From Flaccisagitta enflata (Eukaryota): 64,000 bases of DNA. Of the stretch, positions 44,970-55,530 are shown one piece after another (position 1 is the first letter of the stretch; every line of letters starts with the position of its first letter). The notes under the pieces were generated by a model. That model was not told the origin of the DNA and did no database searches. It saw only the letters and a list, made by a program, of their open reading frames with translations. The position numbers and the translations under genes are program-made. The stretch is from contig OZ231126.1 in assembly GCA_965153355.1 (NCBI GenBank), positions 7,998,001-8,062,000 of the forward strand, in the 5' to 3' direction.

Positions 44970-47900
44970 TCGAGACTCTTATCATTGTCCACCTTCGAGA
45001 CTCAATGTCATTGTCCATAATCAAGGCTCAACATCATTGTCCACAATCGAGACTCAACATCATTGTCCACAATCGAGACTACCTCACTGTCCACATTCGA
45101 GACTCAACATTGTCCACAATCGAGACTCAACGTCATTGTCCACAATCGAGAATCAACGTCATTGTCCACACTTGAGACTAGGTCTCCCAGAATAACTCAT
45201 TTTGTTAAAAAGTAATAATCCCTGCAGCTTTTTTTGAAGATAATACACCACAAAATAAGAATTCAGCAGCAAAAAATTTTTTTTGAAATTTTTTTATGGC
45301 GGAAGTATTAGGCCAAAGGTGATATAAGGTCAAAATTTCAAAATGAGAATTTCATTAATCTGATTGCAGATTCATAATCCTTGCAAAAAACTGCCAAAAG
45401 AAAGTGCTCTTCTTTTATTGATATTCCTTCAGGAACATTGTCAAAATTAAGGACAAAAATCTAGATCGAGTTAAAATTGCTCTTTTGTTTAAAATTTGTC
45501 TTATTTAAATCTTTGACCTCAATTTTGACAATCTTCCCAAAGGAATATCAAAAAAAGAAGGGCACTTTCTTGTGACAGTTTTTTGCAAGGATCATGAATC
45601 TGCAATCAGATTTGCAAAACTCTCATTTTGAAATTTTGACCTTATATCACCTTTGACCTAACACTTCCGCCATAAAAAAATTTTTAAAAATTTTTTTTCT
45701 GCTGAATTCCTATTCTTTGGTGTATTTTCTTTGAGAAAAGCTGCAGGAATGAGTACTTTTCCATAAAATAAGTTTTTCTGGGAGGTCTACTTAAGACTCA
45801 ACGTCATTATCCACACTTGAGACTCACATCATTGTCCACACTTTAGACTCACCTCATTGTCCACACTGGAGACTCACCTCATTGTCCACACTTGAGACTC
45901 ACCTCATTGTCCACACTTGAGACTCACCTCATTATCCACACTTGAGACTCACCTCATTGTCCACACTTGAGACTCACCTCATTGTCCACACTTGAGACTC
46001 ACCTCATTGTCCACACTTGAGACTCACATCATTGTCCACACTTGAGACCCATTGTCTCAAGAAATAGAGTCGACTCTTGATTTACAAAGAGGACAACCTC
46101 GACACTTGATTGACGAAGAGGACAACCTCGACACTTGAGTGATGAAGATGACAAGCTCGACACTTGAGTGACGAAGATGACAAGCTCGACACTTGAGTGA
46201 CGAAGAGGACAACCTTGACACTTGATTGACAAAGAGGACAACCTCGACACTTGATTGACAAAGAGGACAACCTCGACACTTGATTGACAAAGAGGACAAC
46301 CTAGACACTTGATTGATGAAGAGGACAAGAGACTCATGTCATTGTCCACACTTGAGACTCACGTCATTGTCCACACTTGAGACTCACGTCATTGTCAACA
46401 CTTGAGACCCATTGTCTCAAGAAACAGAGTCGACTCTCGATTTACAAAGAGGACAACCTCGACACTTGATTGACAAAGAGGACATCCTCGACACTTGATT
46501 GACGATGAGGACAACCTCGACACTTGATTGACGATAAGGACAACCTCGACACTTGATTGACGATAAGGACAACCTCGACACTTGATTGACGATAAGGACA
46601 ACCTCGACACTTGATTGACGATAAGGACAACCTCGACACTTGATTGACGATAAGGACAACCTCGACACTTGATTGACGATAAGGACAACCTCGACACTTG
46701 ATTGACAAAGACGACAACCTCGACACTTGATTGACAAAGACGACAACCTCGACACTTGATTGACAAAGACGACAACCTCGACACTTGATTGACAAAGACG
46801 AAAACCTCGACACTTGATTGACAAAGAGGAAAACCTTGACGCTTGATTGACAAAGAGGACAACCTAGACACTTGATTGATGAATAGGACAAGAGATTCAT
46901 GTCATTGTCCACAGTTGAGACTCACATTATTGTTCACACTTGAGACTTACGTCATAGTCTACACTAGAGACTCATGTCATTGTCCACACTTGAGACTCAC
47001 GTCATTGTCCACATTTGAGACTCACGTCATTGTCCACATTTGAGACTCACGTCATTGTCCACACTTGAGACTCACATCATTGTCCATATTTGAGACTCAC
47101 GTCATTGTTTAGGTTGAGACTCACATTGTTCACACTTGAGACTCACGTCATTGTCTACACATGAGACTCACGTCATTGTCCACACTTGAGACTCACGTCA
47201 TTGTCCACACTTGAGACTCACGTCATTGTCCACACTTGAGACTCACGTCATTGTCCACACTTGAGACTCACGTCATTGTCCACACTTGAGACTCACGTCA
47301 TTGTCCACACTTGAGACTCACGTCATCGTCCACACTTGAGACTCACGTCATCGTCCACACTTGAGACTCACGTCATCGTCCACACTTGAGACTCACGTCA
47401 TCGTCCACACTTGAGACTCACGTCATGTCCACACTTGAGACTCACGTCATCGTCCACACTTGAGACTCACGTCATCGTCCACACTTGAGACTCACGTCAT
47501 CGTCCACACTTGAGACTCACGTCATCGTCCACACTTGAGACTCACGTCATCGTCCACACTTGAGACTCACGTCATCGTCCACACTTGAGACTCACGTCAT
47601 CGTCCACACTTGAGACCCATTGTCTCAAGAAATAGAGTCGACTCTTAATTTACAAAGAGGACAACCTCGACACTTGATTGACAAAGAGGACAACCTCGAC
47701 ACTTGATTGAAGAAGAGGACAACCTCGACACTTGATTGACGAAGAGGACAACCTCGACACTTGATTGACGAAGAGGACAACCTCGACACTTGATTGACGA
47801 AGAGGACAACCTGGACACTTGATTGACAGAGAGTATAACCTTGACACTTGATTGATGGAGAGGACAACCTCGACACTTGATTGACAAAGAGAACAACCTC

Positions 47901-48660
47901 AACACTTGATTGACGATTCGGACCTCAACACTTGATTGACAATGAGGACCTCAACACTTGATTGACAATGAGGACCTCAACACTTGATTGACAATGAGGA
48001 CCTCAACACTTGATTGACAATGAGGACCTCAACACTTGATTGACAATGAGGACCTCAACACTTGATTGACGAAGAGGACAACCTCGACACTTGATTGACA
48101 AAGAGGACAACCTCGACACTTGATTGACAAAGAGGACAACCTCGACACTTGATTGACGAAGAGGACAACCTCGACACTTGATTGACAAAGAGGACAACCT
48201 TGACACTTGATTGACAAAGAGGACAACCTTGACACTTGATTGACAAAGAGGACAACCTTGACACTTGATTGACAAAAAGGACAACCTTGACACTTTATTG
48301 ACAGAGAGGACAACCTCGACACTTGATTGACAAAAAAGACTACCTTGATTTGATTGACGAAAAGGACTACCTCGATTTGATTGACGAAGAGGACTACCTC
48401 GATTTGATTGACGAAGAGGACTACCTCGGCACTTGATTGATGAAGAGGACTACCTCGGCACTTGATTGATGAAGAGGACCACCTCGACACTTGATTGACA
48501 AAGAGGACAACCTCGACAATTGATTGACAAAGAGGACTACCTCGACACTAGACTGATGAAAGGACTACTTCGGCACATGACTCCTGAAGAGGACAACTTC
48601 AACACTTGACTGATGAAGAGGACAACCTCAACACTTGATTGACAAAGAGGACAACCAATG
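44970..48660. repeat. Alternating 25-bp (ttgtccacacttgagactcacgtca) and 29-bp (gacaacctcgacacttgattgacaaagag) satellites
   Basis: Three [25-mer]n-linker-[29-mer]n modules. Confidence 0.95.
45179..45789. mobile_element. Palindromic hAT-like MITE inserted in the 25-bp satellite
   Basis: About 300-bp inverted arms; TAG...CTA ends; 8-bp TSD cttgagac / cttaagac. Confidence 0.8.
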
Positions 48661-48866
48661 TTGTCCTCTAAGAATACCTTAATTCCTTTAGGGAATTCCG
48701 GATTCCTTTCGCCATCCACCCCAATCGACGTGTGGGAATTCGCTCGTCGAAATCTCTCTCAGCGAAAATCCAAACAAAAGGATAAAGCTTTTCCGCCGAG
48801 CCGCATGGTGGCGGCTGGTCTGGGCCTGTCTGGCCATGAACAATAGCCCGTAGCCGGCGAAAAGCC

Positions 48867-51767
48867 TCACTCGTCTGAAGAAGGGGGGCCCTGGGGGGTC
48901 ACCCCCAAATCTCTGCAGTAGAAACGGAAAAACACTTCCGCCCCTGACCAGTCACCAGCTCGTAAAATAGCCTCTACGTCAACTCCACCTGCCAAGGCGG
49001 CGGAGGTGGACATGGCTCTGGTTGAGCCCGGAGGTGCATTAATTCCAGCTTGACTAAGAATTGACTTGAGCCGACGAGAAAAGGCTGATGAGGAAAGGCG
49101 GGCAAACGGTGGTTTGTCCTCGCAAAACAAGTAATCATGACTTATATTAAGCTTATTTCTTTCAGCAATGAGCGCCTCTAAGGCCGAAACAGGGCATATG
49201 GAAGAGTCATTAGGCAATCTGTAAATGATAATGGGCTTACCCATCCGGCCTGCTTTATCTGTCTTACTTAGTTGAGACGGGATAAATCTTGCACTAGTTG
49301 AATTAATGGACAGAAAATTGGCCGAAATTCGGAGGCTTGCTAGTTCGGAAGGTCGTCTAGTAGAAGCCATCGCTATGAGAAATGCAGTCTTTCGGATAAG
49401 AAGATGGAAAGGAGTCGGAGAAGGGAAATCGCGAAGTAATTTTATGACTTCTCCGGCGTTCCAAGAAGGAAAGAGGCGACGCGAAGCTGGGCGTCGGTTA
49501 TAAATACCTTTCATGAGACGTTTGATAAGAGGATGTTGACCCACATGAAAACCGTCAATTGGAGGAAGAGTCATGGAAATGGCTGATCTATGTACATTCA
49601 CCGAAGAGTATTTAAGACCTTTCTTGAACAACATGGAAAGGTAATCGGCGACATTATTTACAGAGACGGAATCGATAGAAATGTTGCGGGCACTGAGGAA
49701 GCGGGAGAAAGAGTCCCAGGCTCGATTGTATCTGTCTCCCGAAGATTTCCTCCATCCATCGGAGATAAGCTCGAAGGCTGCATCTGTAACTCCTGAGAGG
49801 TTGTACGCCCTCCTAAAATCTTCCAAGCGACGAGATGAAGAGACTCTAGAAGAGGAGGTGGAAGATCTGTTGACAGGTCTACTAAAAGGCGGCTGTTGAA
49901 AGGCAGACGTCGAACTTGGAGGACGCGTAGTTGTTGAAGCTTGGGAAACCACGACTGGGCGGTCCAAAATGGAATTATCAGGATGAACACTCCTTGAGAC
50001 AGAAGAAGCTTTTCTATCACTCTCGGAATCAGAGGAAGGGGAGGAAATACATATGCGAGGTTGAAGTTCCAGGGGAGAGACAGAGCATCGAATGCTTCTG
50101 CTGTTGGCGCTTCCCCCCACGCCACGAATCGAGGTAACTGAGCCGATTTGGGGGAAGCGAACAGGTCTATTTCCGGTACTCCCCACAACCGGCATATTTT
50201 GCGGAACACTTTGGGACAAAGGTGAAGGTCCGGAAGCTTCTTGAACCTCGACGCAAAATCGGCGTGAAGGTTTTGATCGGAGGGAACATAAACGGGAATT
50301 ATTGCTACCTGTAATTCCGCTGCCAGGAGGAGAATCTCCGTTGCAATTTTGAGAAGTGGCAGTGAATGTGTTCCTCCCTCCTTGGCGATGTACGACAGGG
50401 CTGTCGTTGAGTCTGTCTCCCAAAGGATTGTTTTTACTGGTTTGGTTAAGGAAGGAAAGTAATCCCGGAGGAATATCAACAATGTCATGGCTTCCTTCGC
50501 ATTGATATGGTGACGGGCAAGAGCACCCCATCGCCCGTTCACCATCTTCCCCATGTAAAACAGGCCCCAGCCCTCGTCTGAGGAGTCTGTTGCCACCGTC
50601 AAATCCGCATCCTCCAGACTCGGGTGCCAGATTGGAGCCTTGCAATTTTCCATTGTCAGGTTCAAGACCCATTTCATCTCCTGCTTGGCTTCCTTGGTGA
50701 GATGGAGATGTAGAAGAAGATCCGAGGAGGTCTTGTAGAATTTGTTTAGACACACTTGGATCTGACGGCAATGGAGACGGATTAAGGGTACTGCTGTTAT
50801 TGCTGCAGTCATTAGCCCCAAAAGCTTCATCACTGAGCGGCATGTCGGAGATGGAAGCGAGAGAAGGAGAGTGGCTTGAGATTGGAGAGCCAATAACTTC
50901 CGCTCCTCCAGAGACACTAACTTGGTCTTGCAATCCCACCAAAGACCTAGAAAGAGGAACCTCTGAGCTGGGATGAGATTCGACTTCTTCCAGTTGATCA
51001 CGAATCCAGCATCCTGAAAGGTTTTCAACGCTAATGTCACAAACCGTTGGCATTCCTCCAGAGTTGTTCCCAATATCAGAACATCGTCCAAATAAAGAAT
51101 TGCCCTGACCCCCTTTGAGCGGAGAAACGCGGCCAGAGGGCGGGTTATTTTCGTGAACAGGAATGGGGCTGTACAGAGGCCGAAAGGGAGCACTAGGAAT
51201 TCGTAGAGTATCCCTTTCCAAACAAAACGAAGAAACTTGCGATGAGTTGGGTGAATTAGAAGGTGAAAGAATGCATCTTTTAAGTCTATGGTGGCCCCCC
51301 AATCGCCGGGGCGAAGGAGAGAGGCCACGTCTCTCACAGTGTCCATCTTGAAATGGGGGGCTGAAATAAATTGGCTGTTTAGCGGCTTCAGATTTATTAT
51401 TGGTCGAAAACCTCCGTCTTTCTTTGGGACTACAAAAATGTTTGACGTGTAGCCCAGGGAGAATGGAACTTCTTGAATAGCCCCCTTTGAAATCAGAGAT
51501 TTTACCTCCTCCTCTATTATCAAAGTCTTCTCCTGAGAAAAGTGATGGCGACGGGATAGGTTGGGAAGGCTGAGGGGGGGAGGGCTTATGAACGGAATTT
51601 TGTAACCTTTTAGAGTGTTCAAAATAAATGGCGGGGCCTTCAGGTGATCTTTCCAGAAGTCCCGAAACAAACTTAAACGTCCTCCGACTATGGGTATTGT
51701 TGATGGCTGTCCCGGAGGAGGAAGGGAAGGAGGAGGAGGAGGAGGAGGAGAATGGCGGCCTTGTCAT
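48867..51767 (-). CDS. DIRS tyrosine recombinase ORF (966 aa; N-terminal part overlaps RT in another frame)
   Basis: C-terminal integrase-like motifs: SSVNVHRSAIS, HPLIKRLMKG, STRRPSEL, SKT, ICPV, GSTR, AGDW, FFRFY. Confidence 0.93.
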   Translation of the reverse strand: MTRPPFSSSSSSSFPSSSGTAINNTHSRRTFKFVSGLLERSPEGPAIYFEHSKRLQNSVHKPSPPQPSQPIPSPSLFSGEDFDNRGGGKISDFKGGYSRSSILPGLHVKHFCSPKERRRFSTNNKSEAAKQPIYFSPPFQDGHCERRGLSPSPRRLGGHHRLKRCILSPSNSPNSSQVSSFCLERDTLRIPSAPFRPLYSPIPVHENNPPSGRVSPLKGGQGNSLFGRCSDIGNNSGGMPTVCDISVENLSGCWIRDQLEEVESHPSSEVPLSRSLVGLQDQVSVSGGAEVIGSPISSHSPSLASISDMPLSDEAFGANDCSNNSSTLNPSPLPSDPSVSKQILQDLLGSSSTSPSHQGSQAGDEMGLEPDNGKLQGSNLAPESGGCGFDGGNRLLRRGLGPVLHGEDGERAMGCSCPSPYQCEGSHDIVDIPPGLLSFLNQTSKNNPLGDRLNDSPVVHRQGGRNTFTATSQNCNGDSPPGSGITGSNNSRLCSLRSKPSRRFCVEVQEASGPSPLSQSVPQNMPVVGSTGNRPVRFPQIGSVTSIRGVGGSANSRSIRCSVSPLELQPRICISSPSSDSESDRKASSVSRSVHPDNSILDRPVVVSQASTTTRPPSSTSAFQQPPFSRPVNRSSTSSSRVSSSRRLEDFRRAYNLSGVTDAAFELISDGWRKSSGDRYNRAWDSFSRFLSARNISIDSVSVNNVADYLSMLFKKGLKYSSVNVHRSAISMTLPPIDGFHVGQHPLIKRLMKGIYNRRPASRRLFPSWNAGEVIKLLRDFPSPTPFHLLIRKTAFLIAMASTRRPSELASLRISANFLSINSTSARFIPSQLSKTDKAGRMGKPIIIYRLPNDSSICPVSALEALIAERNKLNISHDYLFCEDKPPFARLSSSAFSRRLKSILSQAGINAPPGSTRAMSTSAALAGGVDVEAILRAGDWSGAEVFFRFYCRDLGVTPQGPPSSDE
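49658..51763 (-). CDS. DIRS reverse transcriptase-RNase H-methyltransferase-like ORF
   Basis: VGGRLSLF..W start, FVVPKKDGGFRPIINLK, DLKDAFFH, LPFGL, YLDD; RNase H TDSS/HINAKE/TDS/ADFASR; MT-like DLFAS..AYVFPP..W..QSWF. Confidence 0.96.
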   Translation of the reverse strand, partial: QGRHSPPPPPPPSLPPPGQPSTIPIVGGRLSLFRDFWKDHLKAPPFILNTLKGYKIPFISPPPLSLPNLSRRHHFSQEKTLIIEEEVKSLISKGAIQEVPFSLGYTSNIFVVPKKDGGFRPIINLKPLNSQFISAPHFKMDTVRDVASLLRPGDWGATIDLKDAFFHLLIHPTHRKFLRFVWKGILYEFLVLPFGLCTAPFLFTKITRPLAAFLRSKGVRAILYLDDVLILGTTLEECQRFVTLALKTFQDAGFVINWKKSNLIPAQRFLFLGLWWDCKTKLVSLEERKLLALQSQATLLLSLPSPTCRSVMKLLGLMTAAITAVPLIRLHCRQIQVCLNKFYKTSSDLLLHLHLTKEAKQEMKWVLNLTMENCKAPIWHPSLEDADLTVATDSSDEGWGLFYMGKMVNGRWGALARHHINAKEAMTLLIFLRDYFPSLTKPVKTILWETDSTTALSYIAKEGGTHSLPLLKIATEILLLAAELQVAIIPVYVPSDQNLHADFASRFKKLPDLHLCPKVFRKICRLWGVPEIDLFASPKSAQLPRFVAWGEAPTAEAFDALSLPWNFNLAYVFPPLPLIPRVIEKLLLSQGVFILIIPFWTAQSWFPKLQQLRVLQVRRLPFNSRLLVDLSTDLPPPLLESLHLVAWKILGGRTTSQELQMQPSSLSPMDGGNLRETDTIEPGTLSPASSVPATFLSIPSL

Positions 51768-53808
51768 TCTTTGCCGGCCCCCTTGCCGCGAGGGGGGCGG
51801 CTCGTAGCATTTCCCCGCGCAGAAGGCTTGCGGGAAGAAGCTGCCCCAGATTTAAAGTTTTTGCCCCTATTGAAACGAGACTGAGGCTGGCGAGATGCAT
51901 ATGAAAAACTTCCTTTAGCAGCAGGCAAGAAACGGCGGGAAGACTTGTCATCCAAGGACCGAAGCATGAAAGCACTTGAAATGGCTGAGTTGACTTTCTC
52001 TGATTCATTGCCAAAAAAATGAGAGGCAGATGGTTTGGCCTCTTTCAATGCAGACTTAAGTTGTCGGGCTTGAGGAGAGGCAATGACAAGCCGACGGACA
52101 TCTTTAACACAGTTGTTGGAAACAGCTGCAAAGCACGTAGTTGCATCAGAAATTGGCGAGAGAACACTAGACTTAAATGAGTCCTTCGTAGTTGATCGCC
52201 ATTCAGCCCACTCCTCTCTGGAGGGTGGGTTCTTGGGCAGCTCACTCAAGAAGCACTGAATAAAGGCCTTTGCCGATAAAATTGCGTGAGCAGCCGCACC
52301 GGTACAATTCATGGTCGAATTGAGCAAGTTGAACTGAGCCCTAGACTTGGTTTTGACATGTTCGAAGGCGGCGGAAAGAGAATCATCTGCCTTGGGAGCT
52401 GCAAAGGAAGGGGCACCAATTGCATGTGCCCATTTACGTTTGAAACGATTTGTTGAAATGCGGTCCCAATCAGAGGACATTTTACCAAAGGCCAGCTCTT
52501 TAGAAGGACCTTTGTCCGTAGAATCAGACTCGGTAGTTGCATCAGAGAGGCAACGGGCTGTAAGCCACTGGGATTTGACCCATTTGCCCTCTGTCACGTA
52601 CTTCCATGAACGTTTGGAAGACTGAATCGATTCCTTAGAGGAATTAGACTCGGCATCAGAAGGATGAACATCTTCTATGTCCGAGGCCGCACGGGATTGC
52701 TCCGACGAAGATAAAGGCGATTTATCCATCTGGCGATAACGTTTGGTTCGACCAGAGGATGTGCGGCAGGGGGACAAAGGACGCTTCTGTCCTCGACCAG
52801 AAGCCCCCCCTCCTTCTGCTTATAGTATGACGTCATCAGTCATAGAGCAGAAGGGAACACAATGGAGGGACCGGAAACATGGTTTCACAATGTGTTTTAC
52901 CGGAATGAATGGATGAGGGACCGGAAAACATGGTTTCGATCATCATTCCGGAGTCAAAAATCACGAGGAACAGATTGGAGAGAGAAAGCGCAGCAGGCGA
53001 AAGGAAAGTTGCGTAACACATGAAAGAAAGAAATCACAAAAAAATTTAACCCCAATATACTACGATGACTCCCAGCCTAATCCCCACCAGAGGTGGAGAC
53101 TAGGGGTGGAAGGTGGGAATCGATTGGGGTGGATGGCGAAAGGAATCCGGAATTCCCTAAAGGAATTAAGGTATTCCATTTCGCCATCCACCCCAATCGA
53201 CGTGTGGGAATATGCAAAGAACAGGAGGAAGCGTAGGAATGTAGAGCGGTGATTGGGGTGAGCAAGCGCAAGGAAGAAAACCGACCTGGCTGAGACGTTG
53301 GAATCTTAGATAGAGCGTCAGAGAGCAAAGAGCGCAATTGGCCAAAGTCGGCATCTCGTGATTTTGACTGACCAGGTCCACTTGACTGATCTGCAGGCGT
53401 CACGCGGACCGAGCGGTCAAGACGGGAGCGGCTGGCACGGGTCTGGTCACCTACTTCAGCTCTAGCTCCAGCAAGAGACTCCAAAAAAGCGGCCGAGCGT
53501 TTTGGAGATTTGTGTGACGAAGATTCGGGAGGACGAAAGTAGCCAGTAGGAGGAAGGTAACACTCCTCATCATTGGCAACGAAAGCGTCATATTGCGATC
53601 GATATTCGTCTTCGTATTCATTATGATCGGAAAAACTATCGTCCGGAGTGCGGTCCCACCGCGGCGAGAAGGCGCGTTCCTTACGACTTCGATCACGATT
53701 CTCGTCACATTCACGGAGAAGCCTACGCGCTTCGTCATAATCTTGATGAGCGCGAGACTCGGGAGACAAACTTTGCTCCCAGTTTTCATCATCAGAAATC
53801 TCATCCAT
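51764..53808 (-). CDS. DIRS gag-like ORF1, predicted two exons (53808-53286 and 52815-51764)
   Basis: Position upstream of RT; basic C-terminal tail; CAG|gtcggt ... aagcag|AA joins the two ORFs in frame (phase 1). Splicing is inferred, not shown. Confidence 0.7.
53120..53211. repeat. DIRS internal complementary region (ICR)
   Basis: 53120-53176 is the reverse complement of 48672-48728, and 53173-53211 is the reverse complement of 54137-54175; the two halves overlap at ATTC. Confidence 0.95.
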
Positions 53809-54175
53809 GATGGAAGAGTTTTCACTTGATTTAGATACGATTTCAAGTTCGATCGTTTAGAAGAAAAATGCGACTAAACGAGATAAATGGAAGTGCAATC
53901 AAGACATAAAATGCAATGCACGACGAAAAAGCAGATCAATGTTAATAAACATTTAAATAAAATAATCGAAAAATACGTGTTTACACGAAGCGTGAGCGAA
54001 TAGAAGTGAGGCTTTTCGCCGGCTACGGGCTATTGTTCATGGCCAGACAGGCCCAGACCAGCCGCCACCATGCGGCTCGGCGGAAAAGCTTTATCCTTTT
54101 GTTTGGATTTTCGCTGAGAGAGATTTCGACGAGCGAATTCCCACACGTCGATTGGGGTGGATGGCGAAATGGAAT

Positions 54176-55530
54176 TACGACATTCTCCTCATTAATAATC
54201 ACGACATTGTCCTCAGTAAGAATCAGGACTGTCCTCAGAAGAATCACAACATTGTCCTCATTAAGAGTCGCGACATTGTCCTCATTTCAGAGTCGCGACA
54301 TTGTCCTCATATGAGAATCACGACATTGTCCTCATATGAGAATCACGACATTGTCCTCATATGAGAATCACGACATTGTCCTCATTGAGAATCACAACAT
54401 TGTCCTCATAAAGAATCACGACAATGTCCTCATTAAGAATCACGACATTGTCCTTATTGAGAATCATCACATAGTCCACGTTAACAATCACGACATTGTC
54501 CACATTGAGAATCACTACAATGTCCTCGACATAGTCCCAGGGATGTATATAGTTCTATGATCTTTGATTAGTTGCCCCCCCCCGCCTTTGATTTTCTTCC
54601 CCTTGACGCGTTGCGTCGAATTACAAAATCAATGATTTTCTTCCCTAAATAGCAGTAAAATAGTATTTTTAAGGTTTAAATAGTGTTAAATTGTGTTTCA
54701 CTAATCATTTTTATGATTTGGTACTACGATAAGTTTTATTTTCCCCAAATTTTCTTTTTTTCTCCCCTTGATTTTTTCCCCAATCTCCAAACCCTTTATT
54801 TTCCCCCCCCCCACCGGGGGGGGGGGAATGTAAAACAATATACAGGCCTCCATTGTCCTCATCAAGAATCACGACATTCTCTTTGTTATGAATCATGACA
54901 TTGTCCTCATTAAGAATCACAACATTGTCCTCAATAAGAATCATGACATTGTCCTCGTTAAGAATCACGACATTGTCCTCGTTAAGAATCACGACATTGC
55001 CCTCGTTAAGAATCACGACATTGCCCTCATTCAGAATCACGACATTGCCTTGTTAAGAATCACAACATTGCCCTCGTTAAGAATCACGACATTGCCCTCG
55101 TTAAGAATCACGACATTGCCCTCGTTAAGAATCACGACATTGCCCTCGTTAAGAATCACCACATTGCCCTCGTTAAGAATCACCACATTGCCCTCGTTAA
55201 GAATCACCACATTGCCCTCGTTAAGAATCACGACATTGCCCTAGTTAGGAATCACGACATTGCCCTAGTTAGGAATCACGACATTGCCCTCGTTAAGAAT
55301 CACGACATTGCCCTCGTTAAGAATCACGACATTGCCCTCGTTAAGAATCACGACATTGCCCTCGTTAAGAATCACGACATTGCCCTCGTTAAGAATCACG
55401 ACATTGCCCTCGTTAAGAATCAAGACATTGCCTTGTTAAGAATCATGACACTGCCCTCGTTAAGAATCATGACATTGCCCTCGTTAAGAATCATGACATT
55501 GCCCTCGTTAAGAATCACGACATTGCCCTC
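54176..55530. repeat. 24-bp satellite (acgacattgtcctcattaagaatc)n; further blocks at 56975-57192 and 58578-62462
   Basis: Direct tandem copies. Confidence 0.95.
54538..54850. mobile_element. hAT-like MITE inserted in the 24-bp satellite
   Basis: Imperfect ends cagggatgtata / tatacaggcctc; flanks catagtcc / cattgtcc. Confidence 0.55.

Larger units (their letters stand above)
48672..54175 (-). mobile_element. Full-length DIRS1-type tyrosine-recombinase retrotransposon (5.5 kb)
   Basis: 165-bp inverted terminal repeats 48707-48871 and 54005-54169 (identical by eye), 3' extension 48672-48706, ICR 53120-53211, shared GAAT at both ends without a classical TSD, and gag, RT-RH-MT and YR ORFs. Confidence 0.96.

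Noticed and set aside
45790-48660. CRISPR-like appearance of the 25-29-bp repeats
   Set aside because: Units are contiguous with no unique spacers, there are no cas genes, and the context is eukaryotic.
48672-54175. Ngaro/PAT-type split direct repeats, an LTR element, or a prophage integrase
   Set aside because: The termini are inverted repeats with an ICR and the ORFs include the MT-like domain, which indicates the DIRS1 type.
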